DNA of 64,000 nucleotides from Raillietiella orientalis (Eukaryota): assembly GCA_036172245.1 (NCBI GenBank), contig JAYWIR010000013.1, positions 4,340,001 through 4,404,000 of the forward strand, in the 5' to 3' direction. A model generated the notes under the pieces. The model worked only from the letters and a program-made list of their open reading frames with translations. It was not told the DNA's origin and did no database searches. Below, one piece after another: positions 24,618-36,610 of this stretch. How positions within the stretch are numbered: the first letter of the stretch is position 1; every line of letters begins with the position of its first letter. Position numbers and translations under genes: made by a program.

Positions 24618-26539
24618 TACTGCTGGGAAGGTGGCAGCTTTTTGCTCGCTTTATCCGACGAGCATACGGCGAGCAGCACGACTGGCTGGAGGGGACGGTC
24701 GCCACCGTCCTCTGTCGTGCTGCATGCATGTAATGCCTCCACGCCAGGCTCAACCCCGTCGGGTTTCGTGGAGACTTCGCGTTGCTTCGCGGCGAGCGTT
24801 GCCTGGCTGCCTACTTTTGATCGGCGCGCACACGCTTCCGAACGAGTTGTCCTCGTCTCGGTGATCGGAACGGCATCCATTTCGGAGTCCGACCGGCGCA
24901 TGTTCGATCGGGTTTCGGCCTTCCACGAAGCAGTGACAGGTTCTGCTGGATTGACAGCTGTCCTGTTTTCGTTTTCAGTCACCAGAGCATCGCTTTTGGT
25001 GACGGCTGCTTTCCCGGCGCGCGCGTTTTCAGCGTGCTCACGCGCAGTTGCACGAGGGACCTTTGCTGAAGTCTTCTTTACTTCATTACGGTTCCTCACT
25101 TCGCGTGGCGCCGTAAATGGAGATTGTGCTCCATTGCCATCTTTGAATCCATCCGCGTCTTTGGACGGAAGCACTCTGGATGGCTTCGACACGCTCGTCA
25201 TGGACGCTGCCTTCGGAAGGGCTTTTAATCCCTTCGTTGGCATGGCATCCGCGCCAGTCGAGAGCTTGCTCTCCGACTGCGACGGCGTGAGATTTTTCTC
25301 CGCTTTCGCGGTGTTGGATCGCGACGCGGATTTTTGTTTGCCGACTTTCGAAGTCGACACGGCACAACCCTTCTTACCCGATTTGGGCTTCTCAGCCACT
25401 GCAGGAGGTGAAGGAATGGATCTGACGGTACTGGAAGTGTCCTTACCGCCGTTGTCCATTGGCGTCCCCGCCGGTTGCTCGAACTCCGAGAGAGCCGGGC
25501 GTGCTTGGAAAGGACAGCTATTGCGCCTAGGGGGACTTACCATTGCCCCGGATTCCCCGCACCCTTTCTTTTGCGGCTCCCCTGCCGCGAGAGGGGGTGC
25601 GCAGGGCTTCGCGTGCGAGGTTTCCTGCTGCTTTGGGGCGACATTCCGCCTCGCGTTTTTACCGAATTTCTGCCGTGGGGTCTCCAGGTTTTTCGCAGAT
25701 TTTTTCTTTTTATCCGCGCTCTGTTTTTTAAAATGGAGCTCCGCGGCTGCCTTTTTTCGCAAAAGATCCGGGCAATTTTTCAATTGATGCCCGGATAGTT
25801 TGCAATAACGGCATTTTCCAGAGGGGCATTTATCCAAACAATGCCCCTCCTTCCCGCATTGCTCGCACGTTCTTACTTTGCCCGCGAACCACAGGTGAAC
25901 GACCGTGTCTTTCACCTGTAGTTTCGTGTGCAGCAGACGGCGGTCCGGCATTGTAAGCCGGACTCCAGCGACTCCGCTGTGTATGGACGGGAAGTCCTTG
26001 AGGTTGCTACGCACCCTTCACAGCGCATGGACCGAGGCGAATTTCGCCAACGCGTTTCGAATATCAATATCGGAGATTTCCGACTCGATGTCGAAAATCT
26101 CCGCCACAAATGAATCGTCCATGGCGGCCGGGAAGACCTTCTGCCCACGGATCGACAACGGGTGGCGCAGCAAGCGTTGCAGAAGTGCAGCGTCTTTGCA
26201 ACGCACCTTGAAATATCCCATGTCTTTTACGGGCATAATGGCGAGAAGGTCCTCCTCCCGCACGCCAACAAGGGTCAGTTCATCGTTGAACTGATTCCCG
26301 TCGCGCGCAGAAAGAAAACCACTCACCTTATATCGGAGAGCAGGTCTATAGCCTTGGGCTACGTATGCCCGCAACTCCGACTCGTCGAGTGGTTTCCCTT
26401 TGACGGCTGCTGTGGCAGCAACGTCAGCAAAACTCCTCTCCATTGGCGAGAAAGACGAAGTGGAGGCGGCCGTAGGTTCCGCGATTGCAGATCCGGATGC
26501 CGTTCCTCCAACTTCAGTAGCTTCAAGTTGGGTCGACAT
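24617..26539 (-). pseudogene. F2 ORF1 (RRM-like, two CCHC knuckles) with an in-frame TGA at 26018-26020
   Basis: PALRYKV, SVHAL*R (W in other copies), CEQCGKEGHCLDKC, CRYCKLSGHQLKNC. Confidence 0.9.
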
Positions 26540-26600
26540 CGTCGTCAAAATGTACGACGCCAAGATGAAGCGGATGAAAGCACGGAGACGAGAGCGAAGA

Positions 26601-26617
26601 AAAACACGTCCGCACTC
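26601..26617 (-). promoter_or_regulatory. Representative conserved 5'-terminal motif GGACGTGTTTT (putative internal promoter or start element; 6 copies)
   Basis: Lies 6 nt inside the TSD-defined 5' end here and at an equivalent position in five other copies. Confidence 0.55.
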
Positions 26618-28934
26618 GATTGAAATCTCCCGCTATCAGGTGAGCCTTCCGCACGCTCGTGTTCGCCAGCCAGTCGCGCTTCAGGGATTCAAGCAGCCTG
26701 GTACGGTTGCTGTATCCCTTTTGACCGGTGGGGGCGTACACATTCGTGACGATCAGATCGATCGAGTCGGACCAGCCGAGAGTCAGCTGACCGACCCGAC
26801 CGTCGTCATCGAAGCGCACGCCCTTCACGGCAGAGTCGATGGCCGGCTTCACGAAGAACGCGACCCCGCAGGTGTTGCGGATGCCGCATTGCCAGTACAG
26901 CCGACCCCCCGCGATCGTCTCGATCTCCTGGACGTCTGCCGCGGTGATCACGTGGATCTCCTGCAACAGGGCCAGGTCGAACTCCCGCAGGGTTTCGGCT
27001 GTATCTCGCCTGTTACCGTCGTCGCGCAGCCCGTTGACATTCCAACAGGCCGCGCGAATCCGACGGCGACTGGCGAGCCCAGGTGTTACTCCTGGGAAGA
27101 TGGCAGTGCGGCGTCCGCCACCTGCTGGGGCGGGACGCTAGGTGGAGGAGGGGGGTCAGGTGCTGAAGGCACCTGGTTCCCCTCCTCCATCGGTGCCGGC
27201 GCGTCGGCCGGATCACCCGCAGGTGGAGTCGCGCCTACCTGTTCGCCCTCCTCCATGGGGGCGGGCTGTTCAGGGTCGGCGCCTGCAGGGGGGACTTCAC
27301 CCCCCTGTTCACCCTCCTCCATGGGGGTGGCCGCCTCGACGGCTTCCGAGCGTGGGAATTCCTCCTCCGAATTTCCCACGCTGGCGACGGCTTCCGTCTT
27401 CTCCTCCTCGCTGGTGGAGGGGAGGCGCCTCCTGGGCTTCTGGGACTTGCGTCCCGACTTCCTGGGGGGTGCCTCCGAGGAGGAGGATGTGCTTCCGGCC
27501 CCCAGGTCTAACTCACCTTTGGGGGCCTTCCTTGCCGGAGCCGGCCTTCGCACGGCCTTGCGCGAGGGGTTCTCACGCTCGGCCAGCGTGACCGCGAGCT
27601 CCTCCGCCGCCTGCGCGAACGCGGCGTCCGCGGCTTCGACCGCCGCTATGTCGCGCGGCTCACCCTCTGTGTAAACAGAGGGTTCGCCGTCGCGAGCCTC
27701 GGGCGCAGCGGAAACGGCAAGGGGAGGATCGACGCTCCGGGTGGCAATCTCGGGAACGACGATTCGTTCGAGTGCCACCGTGCACTCGCGCAGAGTTTTC
27801 GAGCGCGGACCGGGTTTTTTCGGCTTACCGGCCGTCTTGCGCTCTTTGCTCTCCGCGGGTGGGAGTTTCCTCGGCTTTCTGGCCTCTACAAGCTGCCATC
27901 CCTCTTCGCCTTCCACCGTTTCAGAAGGTTTATCCTCCGGCTTACGCGCCGGAGGTTGAGGTGTTGGCAGCTTGTGCTGGCCCTTTTCTACTTTAGGTCT
28001 AGAAACCTTTGAAGCACGTTTCCCCTGCGCTTTTTTCGCGGCAGGGGGAACCGGGGTGGGGCGTTTGGGACACACGCGCCGAACGTGGCCCCGCTCCCCG
28101 CACAAATGGCATTGTATATTGGGACACCCTTTACGTAGGTGTCCCACGGTATCACAATGCCCGCAATACCGGGGCTTCCCTACATACCACAGGTCGACGT
28201 TTTCTTGCGCCACCTGTAGTTTGTGGGGAAGCCCACAATTCTCCCTTACGGTGACCCGCGCTGCAGCCTGCCCACCAAAAAGGCTATCGAAGCCGTCGAA
28301 AATGGAGGGTTTCGGCCACAGTGCGTGCACCTCACCGTACTTTCTCAATTCCTCACCAACCGCTGACCGCGTCATGCGGCTGGTGATGCCAGTCATGTGG
28401 ACCACCACGGAGCGGTCCATGGATACTGGCAGGATCTTGCGGCCGCCTACGTTCAGCGGCGCATGGATTAGGCGGTGAGCCAAGGTGACATCTTTGCAGA
28501 CCACCTCGACCCGCTGCCCGCCGCTGAGGACGGAGAGGCCGTCCAGATCCTTCTCTGTAACATTCGCGTCCTTCAACGCTTTGCTGAAGGCGCGCGCTGT
28601 CCGGCCGTCGAACAAGTTGCCTACCTGGTAGACAAGCGATGGCTTGTACCCGGAGGCCTTGTATGCGGCCATCTCCGCCATGGCGTCTGCGCTGGACGCG
28701 GCCACCATGGCGCTCCATGTCCTCGGCGTGGCCGGGGATGATTCCGGGGCGGCTGCCCCTGCTCCAGTAGGCTGTGGGGGCGAACTAGCCTCCCCCACTC
28801 CAACCTCCATCGCGGTGTCCTCTGGCGTCGTGGCCATTGGACACCGACGATGTACACAAAACACCACACAGAAGAAAGCGCTTTCCTACTACCCTTTGAG
28901 GAGTGAAGGAAAAACACGTCCTCCAACTGATCGC
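26618..28934 (-). mobile_element. F3 LINE 5' part (5' UTR, ORF1, APE up to GDFN)
   Basis: 5' motif at 28911-28921; the APE frame breaks at LIAGDFN and resumes at 20711. Confidence 0.93.
27086..28837 (-). CDS. F3 ORF1 protein, open frame (RRM-like, two CCHC knuckles, acidic repeat tail)
   Basis: Uninterrupted ORF; CGHCDTVGHLRKGC, CHLCGERGHVRRVC; three PMEEG repeats. Confidence 0.88.
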   Translation of the reverse strand: MATTPEDTAMEVGVGEASSPPQPTGAGAAAPESSPATPRTWSAMVAASSADAMAEMAAYKASGYKPSLVYQVGNLFDGRTARAFSKALKDANVTEKDLDGLSVLSGGQRVEVVCKDVTLAHRLIHAPLNVGGRKILPVSMDRSVVVHMTGITSRMTRSAVGEELRKYGEVHALWPKPSIFDGFDSLFGGQAAARVTVRENCGLPHKLQVAQENVDLWYVGKPRYCGHCDTVGHLRKGCPNIQCHLCGERGHVRRVCPKRPTPVPPAAKKAQGKRASKVSRPKVEKGQHKLPTPQPPARKPEDKPSETVEGEEGWQLVEARKPRKLPPAESKERKTAGKPKKPGPRSKTLRECTVALERIVVPEIATRSVDPPLAVSAAPEARDGEPSVYTEGEPRDIAAVEAADAAFAQAAEELAVTLAERENPSRKAVRRPAPARKAPKGELDLGAGSTSSSSEAPPRKSGRKSQKPRRRLPSTSEEEKTEAVASVGNSEEEFPRSEAVEAATPMEEGEQGGEVPPAGADPEQPAPMEEGEQVGATPPAGDPADAPAPMEEGNQVPSAPDPPPPPSVPPQQVADAALPSSQE

Positions 28935-30327
28935 GGAGGGTTCTGGCTGCAACGAAGCTACCAGCTCCTCCGCGGCTCGCGCGAAGGCTACGTCATCGAT
29001 GGTGGTGTCGATGACGGACGCCGCCGCCGGCTCGCTCCCCTCGCTGTTGACAGTGTCAACAGAGGGGAGGTCGTCGGTAGCGGCGAGTTCTTTCCGGCAG
29101 CGTTCGGTAACATCGAGAACGCGTTCGACAACGACGCTGCACTCTTTAATTATCGCGATACCCTGCTCTTTCTTCTTCTGTTGGTAGGCGATTTTCTTTT
29201 CCATCCTCCTCTCCTTCTTTGATTTTTTGGCTGTTGCCACTTGCCACTCAGTCTCCTGGCCGGCTCCCTCAACTTTTTCGGCGTTGGTCGCCGGGGTCTC
29301 GGGTGCGGCCTGGGTCTTGGGCGCGGGTGGCACAGACCTCGCGGCAGCTTTCGCCGCCAGCCTTTTCTGCAGAAGTCGGGCGCGTTTTTTAAGGTTTCTC
29401 TTGGAAACCACCCGCACTGCTGCTTTTGGGCACACCTCCCTCGTGTGGCCCATTGTGCCGCATACTTGGCACTGCACATTGGGACACCTCTTTTTGAGGT
29501 GGCCCGACGTATTGCAGAAGCCACAGTATTTCGGCTTCCCCACATACCAGAGGTCGACGGTTTCGCCTTCGAGCACCAGTTTGTGCGGAAGAGTGCTCCC
29601 TTCCCGAACGGTCACGCGCGCAGCAGTGAGGCCGTGTTGCAGCCCCGTGTATTCCTCGAAAGGACTAACTTTCGTCCACTGCGCGTGGACCGTTCCGTAT
29701 TCCTCCAACGCGGCGCGAACCTGTTCCTTGCGCATCCGCGTGGTAACACCTAACAGGTGGACCACCATGCTGCGGTCCGCCGTAATAGGGAGCAGCCTGT
29801 GCGTCCCCATCACCACGGGTGTTTTAAGCAGTCGTTGGGCCAGCTCTGCTTGTTTGCAGATGACTTCAACGTACTGATTCCCGCTGCGGATGGTCATAGC
29901 GCTGAGCTCCTCCTCTTTCACATCGAGAGCGCGCATGCCCTTCGAGAAGGCGCGCGCGCTCTCTAAAGAATATAAATTGCCTACCTTGTAGAACAATAAG
30001 AGGTTGTACCCCTCCTCTACATAGGCCGACAATTCCGCCGCGGCTGCAGGCGATGGCGCCGACACAACGGCGCTCCACGCCCGCGCTGCAGCGGGGACCG
30101 ATTCTGTGGGGGCGGATGCCCCCACCTCCATCGCCTCCAGGGGCGACGTTGCCGCCGCCCCCTGGCTCTCTATCGCCTCTGGGGGCGGCGTTGCCGCTGC
30201 CCCCTGGCCATCCCTGGTGGTCGCGTCAGGCATCGCTGCCTGATCGACCACCGAACCACACGACGCTTGCACTGGGGGAGACTTCCTGGCACGAGGATCA
30301 CCGAGAAAACACGTCCACCCTGGAGCA
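28935..30327 (-). mobile_element. F4 LINE 5' part (5' UTR and ORF1 30233-28935, interrupted)
   Basis: 5' motif 30306-30316; CGFCNTSGHLKKRC, CQVCGTMGHTREVC; ORF1 breaks at ASLQPEPS. Confidence 0.9.
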
Positions 30328-32433
30328 CGCAAGGCGTTCGACTGTGTTGACCAGGGGCTTTTTTTGGAGCTCCTGGGTCGCATGGGTTTCCCACCCTCCT
30401 TGATTACCTACCTGCGCTCTTGCTGGCGGAATGCGATTATCTCCATCTCTTTCAGTAGTCAGAAGGTGTATGGCGTAACGGTGCGGCGGGGCATCAGGCA
30501 GGGAGATAGCCTCAGTCCCTTGCTCTTCAGCACCTACTTTGAGTTGGTGCTGAGAGCCTTCAGGGTGACTTTGGCCTCCTTGCCGAGCTCGTGTCCCGGC
30601 ACGCCCGCCGTAGCAGCGTACGCCGACGATCTTCTGCTCTTGTTGCCAATGTCCACCCCGGCAAAGGCGGTCGGAGACTTCTTCGATCTGCTCAGCCGTG
30701 GGACCGGACTGCAGGTCAACAGGGCGAAGTCGTCGCTGGTGCCAGTAGGTGCGGCGTGGGCAGGGCAGCAGGAATGGTTCCGTCTGGGGATCCCCACGGC
30801 GAGGTGCCTCAAGTACCTTGGTGTGCCGTTGGGTGACTACTCCCCTGCAAAAGCGTGGTCCAGCTGTCTGCAAAATGTTGAGACGGCGATCGGCCCGTTC
30901 CTGGAAGGCAAGTTTCACTTGCCGGAACGGGCCGCGGTTTGGAACGCCTCCGCGGCCCCCATCCTCCGCCCCTTGCTTTTTGTTTGCCCCGCCCCCAGAG
31001 AATGCAAAAAGAGGACAAAGGACCTCCTCCGCATAGCCCTTTGGGGCAAGGGGAGGTCCCGAGTCCCTCTGAAGGACTTGTGCGCTCCGCGTCGGGACGG
31101 CGGCCTTGGCCTCCTGACGCTGGAGCGCGTATAAATCCAGCTGTGGTGGCGAACCCTCGCCATCGCAGCGAAAATGTGGAGCACCCCTTGGTGCGTTCCG
31201 GCCCGCCTTCTCGCCAGGCGTGTGTCCCGATGCGAAGGACTCGCGTCGTTTTTTCTGTGCCCTGGACGGAAGATCCGAAGATGCGGCCTGATGCTCGGAC
31301 GCATAGCAACCCTGGCGAAGACGAACGGTTGGATGGTTTGTGGCCCCGCCAACTCCTCCGCCTGGTTGGAGGAGTCTGCTGGCACATGGGCTAAGCAGAA
31401 CCGGAGGAGTGAAAACCATATGAACTGCCTGCGAATCGGCCCATACGCCAACCGCACCCTGCGGGAAATACTGGAATTTCCCCGGAGTCGCAGGTGGGCG
31501 TTGACGACCCCCCTTGCTACGGCGATGCCCTACCTCCTGAGGGCGCTTCAGGATCGCCAGAAGCCGAGGTGGCAAGTCACCTGCCAGATCGCAGGCAGGG
31601 AGAAGATTTTAAGCGGCTGGACCACAGGAGAACTGGCGGACGCCACGACCTCGAGCGTCCAGCCGCGTGGACTGATGAGATGGGGCGAGCTGCTCGCCAT
31701 CCCTACGGATGTGCTGAAGTGGCTTCCGGTACTGAAGGAATCCAGGATCCTGTCCCTTAAGTGGCAAGAGTCGGCGTTGCTACTGCTGCACTGGGGTTTA
31801 CCCTGGAACGCACGCCGCTTCCACTGGACCAGGGGAGCTGTGGATCCTGAGTGTGTCAGGTGCGGAGAGCGGGAATCGCTCTCCCACCTTATTGTGGACT
31901 GTGCTGCCATCCGACCCCTCTGGGAACGGTTCGGGGCGACCCTCGGGCTCCCTACGGGCAGCACTCCCAGAGACGTTCTTCGGTCCCTCTTCGTGAAGGA
32001 CGCACTGCAGCCAGCCGCAGCCCTTGCAGCCTTGTGCTGTGTCCGTGGCATTGTGGCGGCATGGAGCGACGCCAATAACGAAGGAGTGGGTCCATACGCG
32101 AGGGATGTCATCCCATACGCCCAACGCTTCATGCGGAGAGCTGCCCGATGGCCCCAACTGGGGAATATACGGACGGAGCTCGAGGGCTTCCTTCAAAGGA
32201 TGGACCCTCCTCACAGCGTTTATTGATCCCATCCCTGCCCTCCAACTTCTTTTTGTCTGGTTATTTTTTTTTTTCTTTTTGTTTTATCCCTATCCCCCTT
32301 CGCTGCTGAGGAACGCTACGCTGGGCTGCGTCCCGGCGTCCTGGCAGGTCCAGTGGGTATGGCCGTGAGCGGGGCCTTGTACCGCGGATGTAAAGTTTTA
32401 CCAATAAACGCCCCGGGCGTACCCGGGTGTAAA
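30328..32433 (+). mobile_element. F3 LINE 3' part (from RT KAFD to 3' terminus); inverted near-copy of 17397-19480
   Basis: Nearly identical translated sequence and UTR; stop at 31132-31134; terminal motif 32403-32429. Confidence 0.93.
32403..32429 (+). terminator. Representative LINE 3'-terminal signal: AATAAA plus GC stem-loop (10 copies in the window)
   Basis: AATAAACGCCCCGGGCGTACCCGGGTG; found at every intact F2/F3/F4 3' end. Confidence 0.75.
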
Positions 32434-35400
32434 CCTCCAAGGCTGGCAAGAAAGCAGTGAGTCGTCCGGCCTCCACCGAGGAGTCGGTAACTTCCGACCC
32501 CGAAGCGCAGGCCTGAAACCAAGTTTCCATCTCCGAGGCACCCCGCCGGAAGGCTGAAAGGAAGTCCAGCAATCCCCGGAAAACCCCTCTCCAGGTCGAA
32601 GGCGTGGAGATCACTTCCGACTGCGAGGGTGCCATGAGCGTGGGAGAATCCCGGGAATCGTCACCCGAGAGACCACCACGCACAGACACGGAGGAGATGG
32701 AGGGGGTTGAAGCCGGAAAGGTACCCAAGGTGCCTGAGGAGGCTGAAACCCTAATAGTCATCTCACCCGCCTCGGAAGAGGGGGGTTCCCCCACACCGTC
32801 ATCTTCCCGGCAGTAATGCCGCGAATCTCCTCCCGCCGTCGTCTGCGAATCGCCGTTTGGAACGTGAACGGCATGACAGACGCCGGCAAGAGACGAGACA
32901 TGGCCGCCATTCTAGGATCGTTCGACCTTGTGCTGCTGCAGGAGATCCATGTGATCTCTGCAGAACAAGCGCAGGAGATCGAACGCATCTACGGAGGGCG
33001 GCTGTGGTATCGGTGTGGAACATCGAGAAGCTGTGGTGTCGCCTACCTGCTTCGGCCCGCCATCGAGGCCGCCGCCCGTGGAGTTCGGTTCGACGATCAC
33101 GGTCGTGTCGGCCAGCTGACTCTCAGCTGGTCCGACTCGATCGACCTGATCGTTACGAACGTGTACGCACCGAGCGGCAAGGACCTGATGAACAGGAGGG
33201 CGAGGAAAGAGTTTTTCCTTGCCCTCCGGCGAGACTGGCTGACCGAAGCAGGCGTGCGGAATGCCCATCTGGTTGCAGGCGATTTCAACGTTCGCCTGAA
33301 ACCAGATGAGCAGAATCCCGAGCGTGACCTGGTCAACGAGGTGTGCATGGCGGTGCACACCTGTAATCTGTTGGCCAGTGCACCGGGGATGGAAGACAGC
33401 ATTGACCACGTGTTTCTTGACGAGCACCTGTGCCCTCGCGTGGGCAGGCGCGGCAAGTTACCGTGCGAGCTGTCCGACCATCGCCCGCTAGTCCTCGAGA
33501 TCCATCCGCGCGACAGGGCCCCCCCCTCGTCAGCGTGGCGTCTCCCAGGGGACTGGCTGAAGCTCCCGGACGCGGCGGAACATCTCCGCACGTTCATACG
33601 GAGCTTCAGTCTGCGGACACTCCAGGATTGGGACCGCTTCAAGCGGTCGGTCCAGGAGTTCTGCGACCAGTTCCCTCTGCACCGCCTACCTGCGGGATTT
33701 GGGGACGGGATACGTAACGAACGAGCCTATCTGCAGGCTCGCCGTTACGCCAGGACCCCCGACATCCACAGGCTGGTGGAATACAAAGCGGGAGCCGAGA
33801 GGCAAGCCTGGCAGTCAGGATCGGCCAGCTTGCTGGACGATCAGGGCCAGGAGCATTCGGCACCCGCTCAGATCCGCGGTCTGCTGCGGCGTTTTTACTC
33901 CTCCCTGTACGCAAGAACGCCTCCCGAGCGGGATTTCTCACGAATCCTGCTTCCGGAAGGCGCTCCAGCGATCGGATAGGAGGAGAGAATATCCCTCGAC
34001 GAGTCTTTCACGATGGGCGAGATCATCTCGGCCATCGGAAAGCTCAAGAGGCGAAAGGCTCCAGGGGAGGACGGCCTGTCCGCGGAGTTTTATCAAACTT
34101 TCGCGGCTGAGCTAACCCCCCTGGTACATCAACTCACCTTGCTGATACGCGAGACAGGTGACGTTCCCGCCTCGTTTCGTTCGGCAAAGGTGCGGCTTCT
34201 CCCTAAGGGAGGAGATCTGAGGAGCATGAACAACTGGCGTCCCATCACAATAGTGAATGCGGATGCCAAGCTGATAGCTAAGGTTTGGGCTGAGCGTTTG
34301 GGACGGGTTGCAAACGCCTTCATCAGCCCGGAACAGACGTATGCTGTTCCGGGGCGAAGCATGGAGGCGAACCTGTTCCACGCTTCCACCTGGCTAGAGC
34401 TCCAACACGAAAGGGGCTTGATGCGCACCGGGAATTCCGGTGAGTCCGTCAGTCATGCGACGGATGGTCGGATGGGGGAGGGAGCACTTGCGGTCCCTGT
34501 CGACTTGCGTAAAGCATTCGACAGCGTCGACCAGAATCTCCTGCTGGAGCTTTTGGAACGCTTGGGCTTCCCGGCCTCATTATTGGCCTATCTGCGCTCT
34601 AGCTGGCGCGATGCGCTAATCAATGTTACTTTCAGCGGGCATACTGTGCACGGCGTGCCGGTGCGACGTGGAATCCGGCAAGGAGACAGCCTGAGCCCCT
34701 TGCTCTTCAGTACCTACTTTGAGTTGGTACTGAAAGCGTTCAGGGAAACTCTGGCGCACCTGCCACATGAATGCGCCGGCACGCCTGCGGTTTCAGCATA
34801 TGCGGACGACCTCCTGCTACTGCTCCCTATGTCCACCCCGGCTTCGGCGGTCGAGAAGTTCTTCGACCTGCTGAATCGAGGAACCGGGCTTACGGTGAAC
34901 AGGGCGAAGTCGTCCGTGATGCCAGTTGGTGCGGAGTGGGCAGGGCAGCAGGACTGGGTCCGTTTGGGGATCCCCACGGTGAGGTGCTTCAAGTACCTTG
35001 GTGTGCCGTTGGGGCACTACTCCCCTGCGGAAGCGTGGTCCGGCTGCCTTCAAAAAGTAGAGACGGCTATCGGCCCGTTCCGAGGCGGCAGGTTTTTCCT
35101 GCCTGAACGGGCCGCGGTTTCAAACATGTTCGCGGCTCCTCTTCTCCGTTCCCTGCTGTTTGTTTGCCCCCCCACAGAGAGGATCAAAAAGCGGACGAAG
35201 GACCTCCTCCGTATTGCCCTTTGGGGCAACGGGAGGCCCCGAGTCCGCCTGAAGGACTTGTGCGCTCCGCGTCGGGACGGTGGTCTCGGCCTCCTGACAT
35301 TGGAGCGGCTGGAGCTGCAGCTCCAGTTCCGGATTTTGGCACTTGTGCCGGAGTTGTGGTGCACATGTTGGTGCGTCCCTGCACGTCTCCTCCTTCAGCA

Positions 35401-36610
35401 AGCTACCGGCAAGACGGGACTTACGTCGTTTCTTGCACTTCATCGAAGCCGCATCAACCGATGTGGGCTTCAGCTACGGAGGGTGGCTGCGCTGGCTAGG
35501 AAAAATCAAGGATGGATCACCTGTCTCCCCGCGAACGGTAGTGCCTGGTTGCAGGAAACCGTTCGTACGTGGGGACAGTTCGGCATGCAACCCTCCCATC
35601 AGGAACGAAAGTTCCTGTTTGGGTGTTACAGAAGTTGCACGCTCCGTGAGATCCTGGAGGATCCTAAGAAGAGAGCGTGGTCAGGAAGAACCCCCCTCGC
35701 TGCTGCGCTGGACTCCCTAGTGGAACATCAGGACAGCGATGTTGCGGCGAAGTGGGAGGTTACAATAAAAATCTCCGGGAAGGAGAAGAAGCAGAGAGAG
35801 TGGAAGACGGGCCAGCTAACTGATGCTGCGACCCCGAGTACGCCTCCTAATGGACTTCTGCGCTGGGGAGCGCTGCTGGATGTTCCGATTGAACATCTGA
35901 AGTGGCCCCCGTTTCTTATGAACACTTCCATCCTCCTTCTAAAATGGCAAGAGTCGGCATTCCTGTTGCAGCACTGGGGACTCCCCTGCAACGCCCGTCG
36001 ACACCACTGGACCTGGGGAGCGGTGGATCCCAATTGTGTAAGGTGCAGGGAACGGGAGTCCCTCCCCCACCTCCTAGTGGATTGTGTTGCCCTTCGGCCC
36101 CTTTGGTTCCGCTTTGCCGCGGCGATCGGTATCCCTGGCAGCAACCCCAGGGACGCACTAAAAGCCTTCTTCGTTGCCGACGCCCTGCGGCCAGCGTCCT
36201 CGATAGCAGCCTTGTGCTGCCTTCGTGGGATCGTGGAGCACGGCGACGGGAGGACCTAGCGATCAGGAAGCCATCCAGTGCGCCTCCGAATTCCTGAGGA
36301 GGGCGTCGCGATGGCCCCACCTGGATGTTCACAACAAACAAGAGCTTGCCAGCATCCTGAGAGGTATGATGCGGCCCCAGCAGCAACAGTGATCCCTTCC
36401 CGTTCCCTCCCACCCTTTGTTTTTTTTTTGTTTAGTTTTTTTGTTTTTCCCCTTTCCCCTGCTGCCTTGGTGGACCGTACCGGTCTAGAAACCGGTGAAT
36501 TGGCAGGCGCCGTGGTTCTTAGCTTCTGGCTGGAGCATTGCCACAGCCATTAATAATTTGTTTACAAAGTTTATTTTTTTTAAAAACGACCCGGAGAAAT
36601 CCGGGTGAAA
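32434..36610 (+). mobile_element. F4 LINE 3' part (ORF1 tail, ORF2 32816 to about 36392 with a stop at 33977 and a late frameshift, 3' terminus)
   Basis: TAATG junction 32814-32818; APE, YADD, CVRCRERESLPHLLVDC; terminal hairpin 36587-36607. Confidence 0.93.

Larger units (their letters stand above)
20712..26617 (-). mobile_element. Full-length F2 LINE nested in an F3 element, 9-bp TSD
   Basis: GATTGAAAT at 20703-20711 and 26618-26626; 5' motif GGACGTGTTTT at about 26601-26611; 3' motif 20716-20741. Confidence 0.95.

Noticed and set aside
12083..31575. Long antisense ORFs (12083-13333, 24642-25787, 26400-27674, 30298-31575)
   Set aside because: They are shadows of GC-rich coding sequence with no domain motifs and no conserved ends between copies.
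32300..32395. Hammerhead or HDV ribozyme in the F3 3' UTR (CTGAGGA)
   Set aside because: No correctly placed GAAA or stem II, and the core is not kept in the copy near 48596.
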